This document shows positions 55,266 through 64,000 of a stretch of 64,000 nt of DNA, in pieces (position 1 is the first letter of the stretch; each line of letters opens with the position of its first letter). The position numbers and the translations under genes were made by a program. Source of the stretch: Nitrosopumilus sp. (GTDB lineage: Archaea > Thermoproteota > Nitrososphaeria > Nitrososphaerales > Nitrosopumilaceae); NCBI GenBank assembly GCA_965219345.1, contig OZ244732.1, positions 64,001 to 128,000 on the forward strand. The letters are read 5' to 3'. Under the pieces are notes generated by a model, which saw only the letters and a list, made by a program, of their open reading frames with translations, was not told where the DNA came from and ran no database searches.

Positions 55266-56762
55266 TCAAGAAGAGATAGTCATTATGCCTTCTTCGATTA
55301 AGAATTGAATTCCTCCGACAAAGGAATCATCATCAATGAGTCCTTCTGCCCACCATCCTGCATTATTTTTAATCCAAGATGGAATTTCATTGGTACCACT
55401 ACCAGCACCTTGGGATGTAGGAGGAATTTGCATTATGCCTTCTTCGATTAAGAATTGAATTCCTCCGACAAAGGAATCATCATCAATTGCACCTTCTGCC
55501 CACCATCCTGCATTATTTTTAATCCAAGATGGAATTTGTGCTTTCTCAAACACAGGAGGTGATGTAACATCATCATTTGATTTTTCGAAAAGAGGATTTT
55601 CGTCGATTTCAATTTCGATGGTTACATATCCTCCCCGTTTGGGATCAGGTACTTGGTATTCAGGTCCTGTACCATGAACAAATATGGTATAGGAAACAAC
55701 CCCTGCGTTTTCTTTTACTGGAAGAAGAAGATGAACCTGACCAAATCCATTAAACAAGTCACTTCGTCCAAGGTCTTGTGCATATGAACGCAGTCTATTA
55801 CCATTCTCATCCAGAACCCAAATATCATAATGAACCTGATCTACGAATTCAACATCATTATACGGATTCATGAAATTTATTATAAAATCAATATTACAAC
55901 CTTCCATAGGAAATTCTGGGGCATACTTGTACTGAATCAGTATTGAGTGATCAGGTTTTGTAGTAACATGTTTACCCACATGGTTAGAAAATTCCGTAGT
56001 GCATACCAACAACTCTTCTTTTGGGATTGTTTCTACAACATCTTTGAAAGGATCATCCGTTACATTTTCTTTATAATCTAACAAAGTGTATTGATGCATT
56101 ATTGGGGGAATACCTGTGGTAATCCAGGTATAAGTTAATGCTTTAACAGGATAAGGAAAATCATCTACTATCCAGATTTCATTCCAATCACCACTATACC
56201 AACCAACAACAACTGTATCAACAGATCCTGCAGGAATTGTTATTGTTTCTGCTCGTATTGGAATTAATTGAGCACCGCCAATTGCGCCTATCTTTCCCCA
56301 TGCGGCAGCCTTGAATTCTTGCGGTCCATGAATTCGATCACCCTCATTTCCAGTAGCAAAAGCACCTAACCAAGCTAGGGAAGACTTGAATGCAATAGCA
56401 TAATGAAAAAGATCATCATCAAATATTATAGGTTCAGGAGCAGTTTTACCAAGACCCCATGAACCTTTGGTGATCTTATTCCCATCAATGACTACAACTT
56501 TTGCATCCCACAATGTTTCAGTTTCATATGGTATGGTTCCCTTGATCCACATTTTCAATTTAATGGGTGCACAGTCATTAAGATCTATTTCACACAAAGA
56601 ATACTCAAAATAATCTCCGTCTTTGAGACCCTCACCCAAATACCATGTACCATCAACATCAACACCGCCAGCTGTACCAGTGCCCTGACCATAAGAAAGA
56701 TTTGAAAACCCAAAACTAGAGACAATGGTCAAGGACACAAATACAATAATAAATCGATTCAC
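55266..56762 (-). CDS. Secreted protein with two C-terminal IPSWIKNNAGWW thaumarchaeal repeats
   Basis: Signal peptide and a duplicated IPSWIKNNAGWWAEG.IDDDSFVGGIQFLIEEGIM domain. Confidence 0.85.
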   Translation of the reverse strand: MNRFIIVFVSLTIVSSFGFSNLSYGQGTGTAGGVDVDGTWYLGEGLKDGDYFEYSLCEIDLNDCAPIKLKMWIKGTIPYETETLWDAKVVVIDGNKITKGSWGLGKTAPEPIIFDDDLFHYAIAFKSSLAWLGAFATGNEGDRIHGPQEFKAAAWGKIGAIGGAQLIPIRAETITIPAGSVDTVVVGWYSGDWNEIWIVDDFPYPVKALTYTWITTGIPPIMHQYTLLDYKENVTDDPFKDVVETIPKEELLVCTTEFSNHVGKHVTTKPDHSILIQYKYAPEFPMEGCNIDFIINFMNPYNDVEFVDQVHYDIWVLDENGNRLRSYAQDLGRSDLFNGFGQVHLLLPVKENAGVVSYTIFVHGTGPEYQVPDPKRGGYVTIEIEIDENPLFEKSNDDVTSPPVFEKAQIPSWIKNNAGWWAEGAIDDDSFVGGIQFLIEEGIMQIPPTSQGAGSGTNEIPSWIKNNAGWWAEGLIDDDSFVGGIQFLIEEGIMTISS

Positions 56763-56882
56763 AATAATAATTACAAAATATCATAGTTAAACGTTATTCA
56801 GATTTGTAAAAAATGAGAAAAATAGGCAGTAATATCTAATTCAAATAAGCAAATATAGAGGAAAATTTACAGAGATTCAGAA

Positions 56883-57053
56883 ATGTGTGAATGTTCAAAA
56901 GTTCACTTGTATGAAGTGGAATTCAAACTTGATGGAATGACTGTAGTTCCAACGCATAAAAACTGTGGATTTGCACTAGATGGAAAACAAGCAGACAAGT
57001 TTCAAAAAGAACTAGTAAAATCTTGGGGCTTCGAGGAGGAGGAGGAAGATTAA
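56883..57053 (+). CDS. 56-aa hypothetical protein (not in the ORF track)
   Basis: Translates as MCECSKVHLYEVEFKLDGMTVVPTHKNCGFALDGKQADKFQKELVKSWGFEEEEED. Confidence 0.7.
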   Translation: MCECSKVHLYEVEFKLDGMTVVPTHKNCGFALDGKQADKFQKELVKSWGFEEEEED

Positions 57054-57089
57054 TTTAAAAAATAAAAAATTAGATTGTAATTAATTGTC

Positions 57090-57236
57090 CTAAGACAATT
57101 GTCCTACAGCTTCTTTACAAACGTCAGTTGAACATTTGCAATCTGCGCTGCATATACAAGCGCCTTGCATTGCACAATCACATGAGTAATCAGGATCGCC
57201 ACTATCTGCTTCGCAGCCACATGCTTGATCTACCAT
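57090..57236 (-). CDS. 48-aa Cys-rich metallothionein-like protein (not in the ORF track)
   Basis: Translates as MVDQACGCEADSGDPDYSCDCAMQGACICSADCKCSTDVCKEAVGQLS, with 9 Cys and four CxC motifs. TTTTAAA lies about 25 bp upstream. Confidence 0.7.
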   Translation of the reverse strand: MVDQACGCEADSGDPDYSCDCAMQGACICSADCKCSTDVCKEAVGQLS

Positions 57237-57289
57237 GAAGAGTCAGTAATCTTACTTGTTTTAAAAGGTTAGTACAAGAGTCTAGAAAA

Positions 57290-58174
57290 TTACGCTCTAG
57301 AGACAATCTCAAGTATCTCATTACAGGATTTCTGGACAAGTTCTGCCTGTTGCAACAATAGATTAGAATCAGCTTCAGTATCAAAAGCAATCTTCAGAAG
57401 ATGGATAAGATCCTGTTCTCTATTCAAAGTATCCTTAATTTTTACAAAATTCTCTTTGTTGATATAACCAAAATAAAAGTAGCAGTCAGAAAGCATCGAG
57501 TTTTTCAAAAAGAAATCATATTTTTGCTGAATAATTTGAGAATGGTTATTTTTTTCGACTAAATCAGAAAATCCAATAGTTGACTTTAGCATACGTTCAA
57601 GCAAAGTTGGAGTAGCCCTTTCAATTCCAACTGTTTGATTAACAACCGAGATATGCTCATTGATTGAACTTTTTTCTAATTTTCGAAGTAGATCTAGCAT
57701 ATGAGAAGGACTTGATCTTTGATGGTTTAGTGAAGATATGGCATCAGCTAAGTAGTAAGACGCACATTTTTGCCAACAGGGAGCAAAAACATCAGAGTTT
57801 TGAATTGCTTCTTTAGTTTTTTGACAACAAAACATAGACTCAATCAAACAATTTTTTGCAAAATCAGAAAAGAGTGAAGAATGCTTTTTGTTAATTTTAG
57901 ATAATAGCATTCGCAAATCCCATGATTCATCATGAATTATCTGTAAGTTGTCATATTGAAGAAGTTTTTGTGAGGTAGTTTCAGATAAGGATGCATGATG
58001 AATAGTTACAAATTCATCTCCAGACTTGATAATTTTTTCTGGTTCTGATTTTCCATCAAACATAACAACATCATATGAACATGAATCAAAATGAGAATCA
58101 GAAATTCTGCACCCACTCAAACCAATTGGAAAGTTAGATAATCCATTTTCTGCCACAAATTTTTCAATATCCAT
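57290..58174 (-). CDS. Hypothetical protein with nucleotidyltransferase-like N-terminus
   Basis: IGLSGC...SYDVVMF motif. ATG at 58174 preferred. Confidence 0.7.
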   Translation of the reverse strand: MDIEKFVAENGLSNFPIGLSGCRISDSHFDSCSYDVVMFDGKSEPEKIIKSGDEFVTIHHASLSETTSQKLLQYDNLQIIHDESWDLRMLLSKINKKHSSLFSDFAKNCLIESMFCCQKTKEAIQNSDVFAPCWQKCASYYLADAISSLNHQRSSPSHMLDLLRKLEKSSINEHISVVNQTVGIERATPTLLERMLKSTIGFSDLVEKNNHSQIIQQKYDFFLKNSMLSDCYFYFGYINKENFVKIKDTLNREQDLIHLLKIAFDTEADSNLLLQQAELVQKSCNEILEIVSRA

Positions 58175-58278
58175 GTAATTGGTATCTTTGGTTTTTCTAT
58201 AAAGGATGTAACTCACAAAATTTTACAAATTCATTCAAGCATTTCCTTTAAATTGAGATTGAGATTGTTTTTTATCAC

Positions 58279-58353
58279 GCTCCTATAGTGTAGTCCGGTT
58301 AAGCATTTTGGCTTCTCAAGCCAAAGACTCGGGTTCAAATCCCGATGGGAGCA
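58279..58353 (+). tRNA. tRNA-Glu(CTC)
   Basis: GCTCCTA/TGGGAGCA acceptor, TTGGC-TTCTCAA-GCCAA anticodon arm and GGTTCAAATCC T-loop. Confidence 0.95.
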
Positions 58354-58452
58354 GTACTCATAAAAGTCTTAAAATAGATACCTGACACCCATAAAATATG
58401 TCAGATATTAATTTTAAGCAAACAAGTACTAATAGGGCATGATCAGCACTAA

Positions 58453-59154
58453 TTGCGTATGCGACTCTTGTTCTCTGCGGTACTGCTTTCTCTTGTTGTT
58501 ATCGGCAGCGTATCGGTTGCATATGCAATCTCTGATGAAGACAGAATGGCAAAACTTCAGAAAGGCATTGACAAGCTAATGGATAGAATCCAAATGTTGG
58601 AAGACAAAAAAGACAAAATTGACAAAAGGATAAACACACTGCAAGACAAAGTAGACAGGAAACAGGCAAATATTGACAGGATTAATGGCATAGAACCTGC
58701 TCCACCAGAACCATTTATCAAAACCGACAAGACGGAATATGAAATAGGCGAGACAATACACGTTACAGGACTGAAAATAGCAACCCCTGAACAACATGCT
58801 CACCCTTTTCACAATCCACACAATCAGGAACTAGATATTGACAGTAGCACGTGGTTTGATGAAATAATGTCATGGTCCATAGCAGATCCGGATCAGACAC
58901 AAATATGGGAAATGTGTTATTTTCACACTGACTATGGTACGCATGGTTACAAACACTGCGATGAAAGACCAGAGATGATACAAAACGATGATGGCACATT
59001 TACAATAGACATACTGCTTACAGAAGACAATTCCGAATCAGGAACATACCATTATTTTACTCAAATGTACCAGGGAACATACAAATTCACTAACGGCAAC
59101 ATTGCTGGTTACGCCGGTGATAGTATAACATCACCACCATTTTTGATAAAATAG
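58453..59154 (+). CDS. Secreted hypothetical protein (signal peptide, coiled coil, Ig-like tail)
   Basis: Hydrophobic N-terminus ending AYA, heptad repeats and TDKTEYEIGETIHVTG. Confidence 0.75.
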   Translation: MRMRLLFSAVLLSLVVIGSVSVAYAISDEDRMAKLQKGIDKLMDRIQMLEDKKDKIDKRINTLQDKVDRKQANIDRINGIEPAPPEPFIKTDKTEYEIGETIHVTGLKIATPEQHAHPFHNPHNQELDIDSSTWFDEIMSWSIADPDQTQIWEMCYFHTDYGTHGYKHCDERPEMIQNDDGTFTIDILLTEDNSESGTYHYFTQMYQGTYKFTNGNIAGYAGDSITSPPFLIK

Positions 59155-59270
59155 TTAACAAGACATTTTTACTTACACACATTGAGATCTCAATATGAAA
59201 GTACGAGTCTGCACAACCAGGTAAATAGAAGTCTATTTTTGATTTTGTATGTAGGTTGTAATTTACCATC

Positions 59271-59931
59271 ATGGCCCAAAAACTTGACGAGGAATTTAAT
59301 GATGAACGACGTCTAGTAGAAAATGATTCCAGAGATCAAAGACGAGCTATGGAAAAAGAATTCCGAGAACAGAGAATGGAGGAAGAAAGAGAAGGGATGG
59401 AACAAGAGAAAGAGTTTCGTGAACAAATGGAACGTGATAGACATGATGACCATGATGATTTCATGAAGATGGTTCCACCCGAGGATTTTGAGAGTGTTGA
59501 GAGGATAAAGAATACGATAATGGCTGTATTCTCTATGGAAGAGATAGAAAAGTATTGGGAAAATGATAGAGAAGGCTTGCTTTCTGAAATTCTATCCAGA
59601 ACTGACCTTACTAGAGACGGGGTAGAGAAGATCTTTGGATACGCAGAAAGATATGATGATAGACACGAGGATGATTATGACATAAAATAGTCTAAATACC
59701 AAGGAAAATGACGTAGAAAGATATGATGATAGACACGAGGATGATTATGACAGACCAGACCATCAAGAGAATTATGATTATGATAGAATAGAAGAGCGAA
59801 TTCAAGAACTTGAAGAAGAAAATAGAGAGCTTCGAGGCCATATCTTTGAGTTGGAACAGAAACTTGACGACCTTAACGAGATAATTATGGAACAGGTCAG
59901 AGTCATTTATGAGTGGGTTATCACTCGCTAG
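59271..59931 (+). pseudogene. Charged coiled-coil protein with a single +1 frameshift near 59685
   Basis: Removing one A from the run at 59684-59687 joins the ORF to ...DINSLNTKENDVERYDDRH...LNEIIMEQVRVIYEWVITR*. Confidence 0.65.
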
Positions 59932-59969
59932 AGAATTTAGTTAGTTTAGAATCTATAGTCTAGTAAATT

Positions 59970-60650
59970 TCAAATAAATATCTCATTTCCAGTGTTACCT
60001 GATTTTTTTGGAACCTCAAATATCTTCAATGATTCCAAGTATCTCAAATGTTCTACAACTGATTGCTCTCCAAAAGATATCAGTATTCTATCCTTATGCT
60101 TTATCTCATATTGTAAAATATCTGAATAGTGCTCTTCCCCATTAATGTAAACTATCTGGTCATCACATGGTTGATTCAGAATGCAATTACCATTCATCCC
60201 AAATGATGCAAATAGCATCTCTAGCGGAACGCCAGTTGCGTGTTTATGAATTTGGTATGGATTGTTATTTTCAAAGTGGATGTATTTACTTGATAGCTGA
60301 TATTGCTGTTGGGCAAAGTTTACCTGTTTATTATCAATTATAACTACAATTGCAGCATGTGCATGATCACTTCCAAATTCCCCAATGCTATATTGATTTG
60401 CCAGAAATTGCTCAGGTGTCATCTTTAGGGTATTTTGAATAATCTGTTGATCAATGTCTGCTTGGTTGATAAAATAATATGAGAAAATTCCTACAGAAAA
60501 TACTGCAAAAAGTACCATTGCTAAAATGATTCCTCTGCTTTTTGGTTTAGTACTGGCATCTACACTGGCATCCGTGTAGTTGCTTTCCTCAAATCTGCCA
60601 GGTAGACTAGTTTCATCATAGTCTTTGGGAAGTGTTTTGTCTTCGGACAA
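59970..60650 (-). CDS. Membrane-anchored hypothetical protein (His-rich ubiquitin-like extracellular domain)
   Basis: One TM helix, with HAHA, YIHFE and DRILISFG motifs. Confidence 0.75.
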   Translation of the reverse strand: MSEDKTLPKDYDETSLPGRFEESNYTDASVDASTKPKSRGIILAMVLFAVFSVGIFSYYFINQADIDQQIIQNTLKMTPEQFLANQYSIGEFGSDHAHAAIVVIIDNKQVNFAQQQYQLSSKYIHFENNNPYQIHKHATGVPLEMLFASFGMNGNCILNQPCDDQIVYINGEEHYSDILQYEIKHKDRILISFGEQSVVEHLRYLESLKIFEVPKKSGNTGNEIFI

Positions 60651-60737
60651 TGCTTTGGACGTATTGTAATGTTATTTTACTCTATTTTTCATGGATGCTA
60701 GAAAACCTTAATGCTAGTCTTATCTAGTTAGATCAAA

Positions 60738-60878
60738 TTGGTTTGTTTTAGATGTGATGGAACAGGCAAGTACAGGAATGAATTTGGCATGATGGAAAAA
60801 TGTGAGTCATGTCAAAGAGCTGATATGACTTTGGAAAAGGTAGATGCTGAACCCGATTCAGACGAAGAAGGATACTAA
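60738..60878 (+). CDS. 46-aa CxxCxGxG/CxxC zinc-finger microprotein, copy 1 (not in the ORF track)
   Basis: TTG start. Translates as MVCFRCDGTGKYRNEFGMMEKCESCQRADMTLEKVDAEPDSDEEGY. Confidence 0.7.
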   Translation: MVCFRCDGTGKYRNEFGMMEKCESCQRADMTLEKVDAEPDSDEEGY

Positions 60879-61156
60879 GAAAGAGAGGAAAAAGATGACA
60901 AAGGAAAAAGCAAAGAGAAAATCAGGGAGATTACAAAAAGGAGAGAAAAAGGGCAGGGAACAACAACGAGTTAAGAAATACAAGCGTAAACAACAAAAAA
61001 AGAAAAAGGGAAAAAAGCCCAAGAAATATTAGAAAAAAGGGAGGAAAAATCCTTTTTTTATTATGTAATGAGTTTAGAATCTAAAAAAACAGTTTGTTTA
61101 ATGTCTCGATTTGGTATCTTCTGGAAAGAATTTCTTCAATCTAGTAGATACATAAA

Positions 61157-61717
61157 CTATGGAGGAATTGAAAATCTCAACACTCTATTTTTAAAATCAA
61201 AAACATTTTTTCTTAGCATATCCAAATCTACGGATATTGTAATATTAGTAGGGGTTTTATCCAGATTAATGTCTGTGTTCATAATATTCAATCTAGAATC
61301 CCAGTCAGTTATTGTATCTACATCAAAATCAGAAGTAAAAGATTGACTATCAAAACTCCCTTCATGGACTTTGACTATCTCTCCCAAATTCTGTTCAGCA
61401 AGTTGAAATTTGTATGAGTGATCTTTGAAGTAGCCATTCGAATCTTGCCCTTTATCATATTCGACAACATACTCTCCATTTGCATCTGGACTGATATTTT
61501 TCAAATAAAGTAATTTTCCATATTCTTCAACAGCATGAGAAAATAAGACATAAGCCATGTACTTTCCATAAACATTAGTTCCTTGAGATATTGGATTGCT
61601 TGTATTGCCAATCGTGTTTTCAATATGTGTTAAGATACTTTCTGCATTAGCACGAGTTTTTGTCATTAAAGCAGTCCATTGATCATGAGTCAGATTGATG
61701 AATGGTCTACGTGCCAT
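61157..61717 (-). CDS. AbiV-like HEPN-domain abortive-infection protein
   Basis: NAxxxL, HAVEEYGK and FKDHSYK match the AbiV pattern (AxEExGK...FxxHxxK). Confidence 0.65.
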   Translation of the reverse strand: MARRPFINLTHDQWTALMTKTRANAESILTHIENTIGNTSNPISQGTNVYGKYMAYVLFSHAVEEYGKLLYLKNISPDANGEYVVEYDKGQDSNGYFKDHSYKFQLAEQNLGEIVKVHEGSFDSQSFTSDFDVDTITDWDSRLNIMNTDINLDKTPTNITISVDLDMLRKNVFDFKNRVLRFSIPP

Positions 61718-61725
61718 GATTTTTC

Positions 61726-61866
61726 TCAGTATTCCTCTTCATCTGAATCTGGTTCAGCATCTACCTTTTCCAAAGTCATATCAGCTCTTTGACATGACTC
61801 ACATTTTTCCATTATACCAAATTCATTCTTGTACTTGCCTGTTCCATCACATCTCAAACAAGTCAA
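61726..61866 (-). CDS. 46-aa zinc-finger microprotein, copy 2 (not in the ORF track)
   Basis: TTG start. Translates as MTCLRCDGTGKYKNEFGIMEKCESCQRADMTLEKVDAEPDSDEEEY. It fills the gap between two same-strand genes with 6- and 8-bp spacers. Confidence 0.75.
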   Translation of the reverse strand: MTCLRCDGTGKYKNEFGIMEKCESCQRADMTLEKVDAEPDSDEEEY

Positions 61867-61872
61867 TCTGTT

Positions 61873-62268
61873 CTAATCTTGCTTAACATTGCGTTGTTTA
61901 TCGAATAATTTCAATTTCTTTGTCCTTTCTTCTCTTGTAGCTTCTAGATATTTTGATAATGCTGGTCGCATTTTTCCACGACTAGCCACTCTGTAAGTCT
62001 TGTTTATGAAATCCTCATGGATTAGTTTATGCATTAAAAAATCTAACATTTTTTTTGTCTTTCGTTGTCTGTCTTCATCATCATATATTACATTTTTTTC
62101 AAGCAAATCTAATTGATGGGAAATATCTTTTTTTCTGATTTTAAAATCTGCTATGACAGACTGTTTCCTTTCTTCATAGAATTTGTTCTGTACTTGTTCG
62201 TATTCTTCCTTAGCTGATTGAATTTTTGACTGTTTTTCCATTGAGAATCTATAATTGGTGATAATCAT
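61873..62268 (-). CDS. Basic helical hypothetical protein
   Basis: 131-aa ORF in the operon with the nuclease and AbiV-like genes. Confidence 0.6.
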   Translation of the reverse strand: MIITNYRFSMEKQSKIQSAKEEYEQVQNKFYEERKQSVIADFKIRKKDISHQLDLLEKNVIYDDEDRQRKTKKMLDFLMHKLIHEDFINKTYRVASRGKMRPALSKYLEATREERTKKLKLFDKQRNVKQD

Positions 62269-62328
62269 GTATAAGCTTGATCTTTTTTGATCGAATTAGC
62301 TTTCCATTATGTCTATATGAAATTAAAT

Positions 62329-62787
62329 TTACCGTGGATGGAATTGTTTGGTATTGGCCCAGAATCTATTTGGAGTAATCAGATGAATTTGTCTAACTAT
62401 TGCTTTACAATTTAACAAATCACTACCTTTACAGATGGCAATTTTTGGCTTATTCCATTTTGGATTTTTATTATATTTGAGTCTGTAAACTACCCATACC
62501 TCAAATCTTTTTGAAAATTTTTTTAGAAATTCATACTCAGTTTTAGAAATAGGTATGCTATGTCTAGGTACATCCCAATCTGGCCGTGAATTGAAATCTT
62601 CGCCTTCTCCTTTCACTTCAATTATCTTACAAGTATACTTGTTGGTTCCAACCTGAATGTCTCCAAATTTAAAATGATACCCTTTCGTGCCATGCAAAAA
62701 TACTTTTTTCTTTTTAGATTTGAGATATTTAAGAACAATTCTTTCTGCTTCGGTCCCATATTCCGATTTTCGTACCATGAAAAACAT
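62329..62787 (-). CDS. PD-(D/E)xK endonuclease (DUF3883/NOV_C-like)
   Basis: GTEAERIVLKYL...GDI...IEVKG motif. Confidence 0.7.
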   Translation of the reverse strand: MFFMVRKSEYGTEAERIVLKYLKSKKKKVFLHGTKGYHFKFGDIQVGTNKYTCKIIEVKGEGEDFNSRPDWDVPRHSIPISKTEYEFLKKFSKRFEVWVVYRLKYNKNPKWNKPKIAICKGSDLLNCKAIVRQIHLITPNRFWANTKQFHPR

Positions 62788-62849
62788 TTATGATTTCCTT
62801 AATTAAATAGTTTCTATGAGGGAATTTGAAAAGGATTCATTGATATGCT

Positions 62850-63530
62850 TTGAAAATTAGTGAAATTTTTGAATCCATTCAAGGTGAAGGAATTAATGCA
62901 GGAAAAGACTCAATTTTTATCCGAACTGCTCTATGTAATTTAAAATGCTCTTGGTGTGATACAAAATATACTTGGGATTGGGAAAATTTTGATTATGATA
63001 CTGAAGTTCATGAATTATCAATAGATGAAATAAAACAAAAATTAAAAAATTTTACTGCAAATAATATTGTAATTACTGGAGGCGAACCATTAATGCAACA
63101 AGAAGAATTGATCTCATTGATATCATCATTACCAAAAAAATTCTTTATAGAAATTGAAACAAATGGGACTATTCTTCCTTTGGATGAATTAGTTTCATTA
63201 ATTGATCAATGGAATGTATCCCCTAAAACTTCAAACTCTAATAATCTACTTGAACAGTGTGAGATTGCAAATTGTTATAATTTTTTCAAGAATAACCCAA
63301 AATCATTTTTTAAATTTGTCGTAGAAACTAAATCTGATATTTTAGAAATTAATGAACTTGTAAAAAAATATAATATTGATAAATCTAAAATCATTCTAAT
63401 GCCTCAATCTACTACGAAAGATGATTTAATATCAAAAGAACCTTTGGTACAATCTTTGTGTGAGAAAAATGGGTTTAGATACTCATCGAGGTTACATGTA
63501 TTAAAATGGGGAAATACTAGAGGCCGTTAG
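62850..63530 (+). CDS. queE: 7-carboxy-7-deazaguanine synthase (radical SAM)
   Basis: EIFESIQGEG, CNLKCSWCDT, ITGGEP, IETNG, VSPK and RLH motifs. Confidence 0.92.
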   Translation: MKISEIFESIQGEGINAGKDSIFIRTALCNLKCSWCDTKYTWDWENFDYDTEVHELSIDEIKQKLKNFTANNIVITGGEPLMQQEELISLISSLPKKFFIEIETNGTILPLDELVSLIDQWNVSPKTSNSNNLLEQCEIANCYNFFKNNPKSFFKFVVETKSDILEINELVKKYNIDKSKIILMPQSTTKDDLISKEPLVQSLCEKNGFRYSSRLHVLKWGNTRGR

Positions 63531-63884
63531 TTATTTTGAAACTAAACAATAAGCTGAATTTCCTTCAAAAAATCTTACACTAGATAGCGGTATTTTTCCT
63601 TCAAGATTCTCGTAAATCCATGCTGCAATGTTTTCAGAAGTAGGAAAGTCAAATAATTTATCCAGATCTTTATGGTCTAGTTGGCTGATCACATTCCAAC
63701 ATGTTTTCTTCATTTCATCAAAATCTAAGACCATATTGTCTTGATAAGTAGGGCCTTTATCCACCTCACCTTCCACTTCGACAATTATTCTTGAAGTATG
63801 TCCATGGGGTTGCCCACATTTTGGATGCCCCTTTAATGTATGGGCAAAGTCAATCTCAAATTCTACGCCTAATTTTGTTTTCAT
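63531..63884 (-). CDS. queD: 6-carboxy-5,6,7,8-tetrahydropterin synthase
   Basis: AH...CGQPHGH, LDH and PTSENIA motifs. Confidence 0.9.
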   Translation of the reverse strand: MKTKLGVEFEIDFAHTLKGHPKCGQPHGHTSRIIVEVEGEVDKGPTYQDNMVLDFDEMKKTCWNVISQLDHKDLDKLFDFPTSENIAAWIYENLEGKIPLSSVRFFEGNSAYCLVSK

Positions 63885-63962
63885 TGAATCATGACTAATT
63901 ATGTTACATTTAGGAGTTTATCTAACCAAAAAACTATTTTGTGAAAATTATATTAATAGTAT

Positions 63963-64000
63963 ATGAAAACTTGTCCTTGTCCTTGTGGTTGTACTGCTGT
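63963..64000 (+). CDS. Start of a Cys-rich ORF cut by the window end
   Basis: Translates as MKTCPCPCGCTA..., divergent from queD. Confidence 0.35.
   Translation, partial: MKTCPCPCGCTA

Noticed and set aside
60844-61032. Lys-rich 62-aa ORF
   Set aside because: It lies in low-complexity purine-rich DNA and overlaps the better-supported zinc-finger ORF, so coding status is unsupported.

Overview
This window comes from an AT-rich Nitrosopumilus-like ammonia-oxidising archaeon (Nitrososphaerota/Thaumarchaeota), inferred from gene content and protein families. The core backbone holds tetrapyrrole genes (ahbAB, sirC, hemA, hemB; hemL, hemC, cobA, hemD), ssb, pgk, a suf operon, aquaporin, SbtA/SbtB, Pit, an ABC exporter, an intron-containing tRNA-Leu(CAA) and tRNA-Glu(CTC). 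Two accessory regions stand out. (1) A 22.2-kb unit (6885-29088) is bounded by about 630-bp inverted copies of a dead IS110 3' end and flanked by an exact 8-bp direct repeat, CAATTGTT. It carries a GC-rich, about 19-kb gene for an approximately 6,300-aa surface protein in which ten 5-repeat beta-propeller cassettes are inserted inside SwmB/Ig-like domains. It also carries a degenerate tRNA, an IS6-like remnant, a 174-bp alternating purine-pyrimidine microsatellite and a poly-G tract near the start codon. (2) A probable defence island downstream of tRNA-Glu contains an AbiV-like HEPN gene bracketed by inverted copies of an unannotated 46-aa zinc-finger gene, a PD-(D/E)xK nuclease, and queE/queD. 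All family assignments come from motif recognition by eye; no searches were run.
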